Positions 1 through 1,203 of a stretch of 1,203 nucleotides of DNA are shown here, piece by piece; position 1 is the first letter of the stretch, and each line of letters starts with the position of its first letter. The stretch is from Naegleria gruberi (Eukaryota): assembly GCA_000004985.1 (NCBI GenBank), contig GG739505.1; one strand, given 5' to 3'. The notes under the pieces are model-generated. The model was given only the letters and a program-made list of their open reading frames with translations. It did not search any database and was not told where the DNA came from. The translations under genes and the position numbers were made by a program.

Positions 1-1003
1 TGAAAATGAATGATTGGCCAGTTTTGTGAATTTTGTAAATCTTTTCCAAGAATTGACCCAATCTTACATGATGAAACCATCTATAAGCTCTACCTTGATT
101 TCTCATTGGTATAATCTTAGTTACAAAATATTCAAGAAATGGTAAATCAGTATCTATTGACAATGACTTGGTGCTTGACGTTATCTTATTTGACTCTCCT
201 TCGCTCTTAATCCATTCAATTTCTTCTTCATTTCCCATCAACCACAAACTAGAATGACAGAATGCATCCATCACTCGCAACAACTCGTTAAAATCCTTAA
301 TTTTCAAAGATGGTTTCCTATTAATTGGATCAAATACATAATCCATGAATGTGAGCATCATTTCATACCTTCCACACACGTTGGGAATCTTGAATGCATT
401 ATTCTCGACAAGATATTCTAAATATCTATTTCTTAACACTTCCAAATTAGATAACAGTTCTTCATTAGAAGTATTCGAAGATTTCACACCATTAGAAGAA
501 TTCTTTCTCGACAGGAAGGAATTTGGAGTTGTTGGAGAAGAAGAAAGTTGTGAAATGGAAACTGGGGACGAAGGTGAGGATATATTGGATGGACTAAGTG
601 ATCTAATAGGGATTGCAATAGAATGTTGACTGCTGACACTATCTTCATCAGAACAAGAGTTTGCTTGTTGAGGAGCCGTCGTGGTCGTGGTTGGAGATTG
701 GACATTATCAAGGAATATTCCTTCAGAAGCAGTATCAATATCATCTTCAAGGATATTACTCGTGTTGTCATCATTGTCCTCAGTAATGGTATGTGTTGTT
801 TGGTTTTCCTCATGTATCAATGATAATGTATCGTTGGTACTATTGACTTCGAGAGCTTCATTGTACGAAACATCAACAGGTGGCTCTGAGAGATACTTCT
901 TTTCGAACAGTTTTCTGTGGTTTTGGACTGATTGGAAAGAGAGGTCTCTGTTTGGCAGGAGAATGGCACATAGTGGGAGTCTAATGATTGAGCTTGAAGA
1001 CAT
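1..1003 (-). CDS. Protein-coding gene, 5' end complete (ATG at 1003..1001), 3' end beyond the window start. It encodes the N-terminal 334 aa of an uncharacterised yeast-type protein with an S/T/N/P-rich disordered N-terminal half followed by a globular region. In-window product: MSSSSIIRLPLCAILLPNRDLSFQSVQNHRKLFEKKYLSEPPVDVSYNEALEVNSTNDTLSLIHEENQTTHTITEDNDDNTSNILEDDIDTASEGIFLDNVQSPTTTTTAPQQANSCSDEDSVSSQHSIAIPIRSLSPSNISSPSSPVSISQLSSSPTTPNSFLSRKNSSNGVKSSNTSNEELLSNLEVLRNRYLEYLVENNAFKIPNVCGRYEMMLTFMDYVFDPINRKPSLKIKDFNELLRVMDAFCHSSLWLMGNEEEIEWIKSEGESNKITSSTKSLSIDTDLPFLEYFVTKIIPMRNQGRAYRWFHHVRLGQFLEKIYKIHKTGQSFIF…
   Basis: Manual codon-by-codon translation of the minus strand in the frame whose codons occupy plus-strand triplets starting at coordinates with remainder 2 mod 3 (2-4, 5-7, …). 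There is no stop from 1126 down to 1. The upstream in-frame stop is TAG at 1129..1127, and the first ATG after it is at 1003..1001, with A at -3 and TCT as the second codon (yeast consensus AAAAAAATGTCT). Codon choice is yeast-like (Arg almost always AGA, Ser TCT, Leu TTG). Composition is protein-like, with a clearly structured C-terminal part. The ORF is missing from the supplied track only because no stop lies inside the window. Confidence 0.8.
   Translation of the reverse strand, partial: MSSSSIIRLPLCAILLPNRDLSFQSVQNHRKLFEKKYLSEPPVDVSYNEALEVNSTNDTLSLIHEENQTTHTITEDNDDNTSNILEDDIDTASEGIFLDNVQSPTTTTTAPQQANSCSDEDSVSSQHSIAIPIRSLSPSNISSPSSPVSISQLSSSPTTPNSFLSRKNSSNGVKSSNTSNEELLSNLEVLRNRYLEYLVENNAFKIPNVCGRYEMMLTFMDYVFDPINRKPSLKIKDFNELLRVMDAFCHSSLWLMGNEEEIEWIKSEGESNKITSSTKSLSIDTDLPFLEYFVTKIIPMRNQGRAYRWFHHVRLGQFLEKIYKIHKTGQSFIF
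464..703 (-). other. Low-complexity Ser/Thr/Pro/Asn-rich segment of the encoded protein (approx. residues 101-214), predicted intrinsically disordered. It contains at least 6 S-P/T-P dipeptides.
   Basis: Translated sequence QSPTTTTTAPQQANSCSDEDSVSSQHSIAIPIRSLSPSNISSPSSPVSISQLSSSPTTPNSFLSRKNSSNGVKSSNTSN. Composition judged by eye. Confidence 0.6.
677..691 (-). repeat. Short in-frame tandem repeat cgt-(cgtggt)x2 on the plus strand, encoding a Thr5 tract (ACC ACG ACC ACG ACG on the minus strand).
   Basis: Plus-strand sequence ccgtcgtggtcgtggttgg seen directly. In the gene frame it translates to TTTTT inside the QSPTTTTTAPQQ segment. Confidence 0.5.
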
Positions 1004-1012
1004 TTTTTTTAA
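1001..1012 (-). promoter_or_regulatory. Translation initiation context TTAAAAAAA-ATG-TCT, matching the optimal S. cerevisiae-type start context (A-rich -1 to -7, A at -3, UCU second codon).
   Basis: Read directly from the reverse complement of 1001..1012 (plus strand: catttttttttaa). Confidence 0.6.
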
Positions 1013-1203
1013 TTGTGTTGATTGTTTCGGCAGGTGATTCAATTTAAAGAAACTGGTGTCTAAATGGGTTATGAAAAGATTCCTGCCACAAGCTCTTTGT
1101 TTGCATTTAAACAACAAGAGATAAGACTACAGAATGAAACAATAAGATTAGGTAAATTGGCAAAATGGATTCCTCAATCATTTTTTCGCTAAGACCTCCT
1201 ATC
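1004..1203 (-). promoter_or_regulatory. 5' flanking region, promoter and 5' leader of the minus-strand gene. Read on the minus strand it contains TATA-like TTTAAAT elements (plus 1105..1111 and 1042..1048), an A7 tract immediately 5' of the ATG, and an A6 tract at plus 1181..1186.
   Basis: Position relative to the ATG at 1003. No long ORF on either strand here (longest are ~19-43 codons). The sequence is AT-rich with poly(dA:dT) tracts, which are typical of yeast promoters and nucleosome-depleted regions. TTTAAATG matches TATAWAWR with one mismatch. Confidence 0.45.

Noticed and set aside
345-629. Plus-strand 94-aa ORF from the supplied track
   Set aside because: It lies entirely antisense to the long minus-strand gene, in a region where the minus frame has strong yeast codon usage. 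Its product (…FFLDRKEFGVVGEEESCEMETGDEGEDILDGLSDLIGIAIEC) is the antisense shadow of the Ser/Pro-rich coding region (TCT/TCC codons read as GGA/AGA on the opposite strand). There is no independent start context. It is most likely a shadow ORF.
789-794. GTATGT (yeast 5' splice-site consensus) on the plus strand
   Set aside because: It is on the non-coding strand of the gene, and no TACTAAC branch point follows it on the plus strand. The minus strand has neither GTATGT nor TACTAAC (plus-strand acatac and gttagta are both absent). No intron is proposed.
484-813. Minus-strand 109-aa ORF from the track (frame offset from the real gene)
   Set aside because: It is on the same strand as the real gene but in a different reading frame, and is fully nested inside it. 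The product is low-complexity (LKMILILLLKEYS…PRPRRLL) with no protein-like features. It is an out-of-frame artefact of the AT-rich, repeat-containing coding sequence.
623-1037. Plus-strand ORFs 623..823 (66 aa) and 681..1037 (118 aa) from the track
   Set aside because: Both are antisense to the 5' half of the minus-strand gene. The 118-aa ORF also runs across the gene's ATG and A-tract leader. The products are Cys/Val/Leu/Ser-rich without domain-like character, and the codon usage is not yeast-like on this strand. They are treated as shadow ORFs. An antisense ncRNA cannot be excluded from sequence alone, but nothing supports one.
1152-1156. CCAAT pentamer on the minus strand of the upstream region (ccaatttacc), a possible HAP-complex site
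   Set aside because: A single 5-bp match is expected by chance in 200 bp of AT-rich sequence. There is no flanking HAP2/3/4/5 extended consensus that I can verify.
1064-1192. Plus-strand 42-aa ORF (MGYEKIPATSSLFAFKQQEIRLQNETIRLGKLAKWIPQSFFR*) in the intergenic flank
   Set aside because: It is short and sits in the presumed promoter of the minus-strand gene, in a poor initiation context (ctaaATGg, pyrimidine at -3). Chance ORFs of this size are expected in AT-rich intergenic DNA.
1-1203. Possibility of a prokaryotic or mobile-element system (CRISPR, toxin-antitoxin, defence island, transposon ends)
   Set aside because: There are no direct or inverted repeats of the required kind, and no Shine-Dalgarno-type spacing. 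Codon usage, the A-rich Kozak context and the low-complexity S/T/N tracts all point to a yeast nuclear gene. Only one trivial 6-bp tandem repeat is present, inside the coding sequence.

Overview
This window looks like AT-rich (~36% GC) budding-yeast-type eukaryotic nuclear DNA. The main feature is a long minus-strand protein-coding gene that the supplied ORF track misses because it runs off the left edge of the window and has no stop codon inside it. It starts at an ATG at 1003..1001 in a textbook yeast initiation context (TTAAAAAAA-ATG-TCT) and reads through to position 1 with no in-frame stop: 334 codons plus 1 nt, with the C-terminus outside the window. The nearest in-frame upstream stop is at 1129..1127, with no other ATG in between. 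Codon usage is typical of Saccharomycetes (AGA for Arg, TCT for Ser, TTG for Leu). The encoded N-terminal ~215 residues are Ser/Thr/Asn/Pro-rich low-complexity sequence containing an acidic D/E/N block, a Thr5 tract and a cluster of S-P/T-P sites. Residues ~216-334 and beyond look like the start of a folded domain rich in aromatic and hydrophobic residues (…LEVLRNRYLEYLVENNAFKIPNVCGRYEMMLTFMDYVFDPINRKPSLKIKDFNELLRVMDAFCHSSLWLMGNEEEIEWIK…RAYRWFHHVRLGQFLEKIYKIHKTGQSFIF…). I cannot confidently assign it to a family from memory. Positions 1004..1203 are the 5' flank, promoter and leader of this gene, with A-tracts and TATA-like TTTAAAT elements. All four ORFs in the supplied track overlap this gene, antisense or out of frame, and are best explained as shadow ORFs. 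I see no RNA gene, intron signals (no GTATGT…TACTAAC on the coding strand), transposon ends or prokaryotic-type systems. This looks like an ordinary yeast gene 5' half plus its promoter, not an exotic system.
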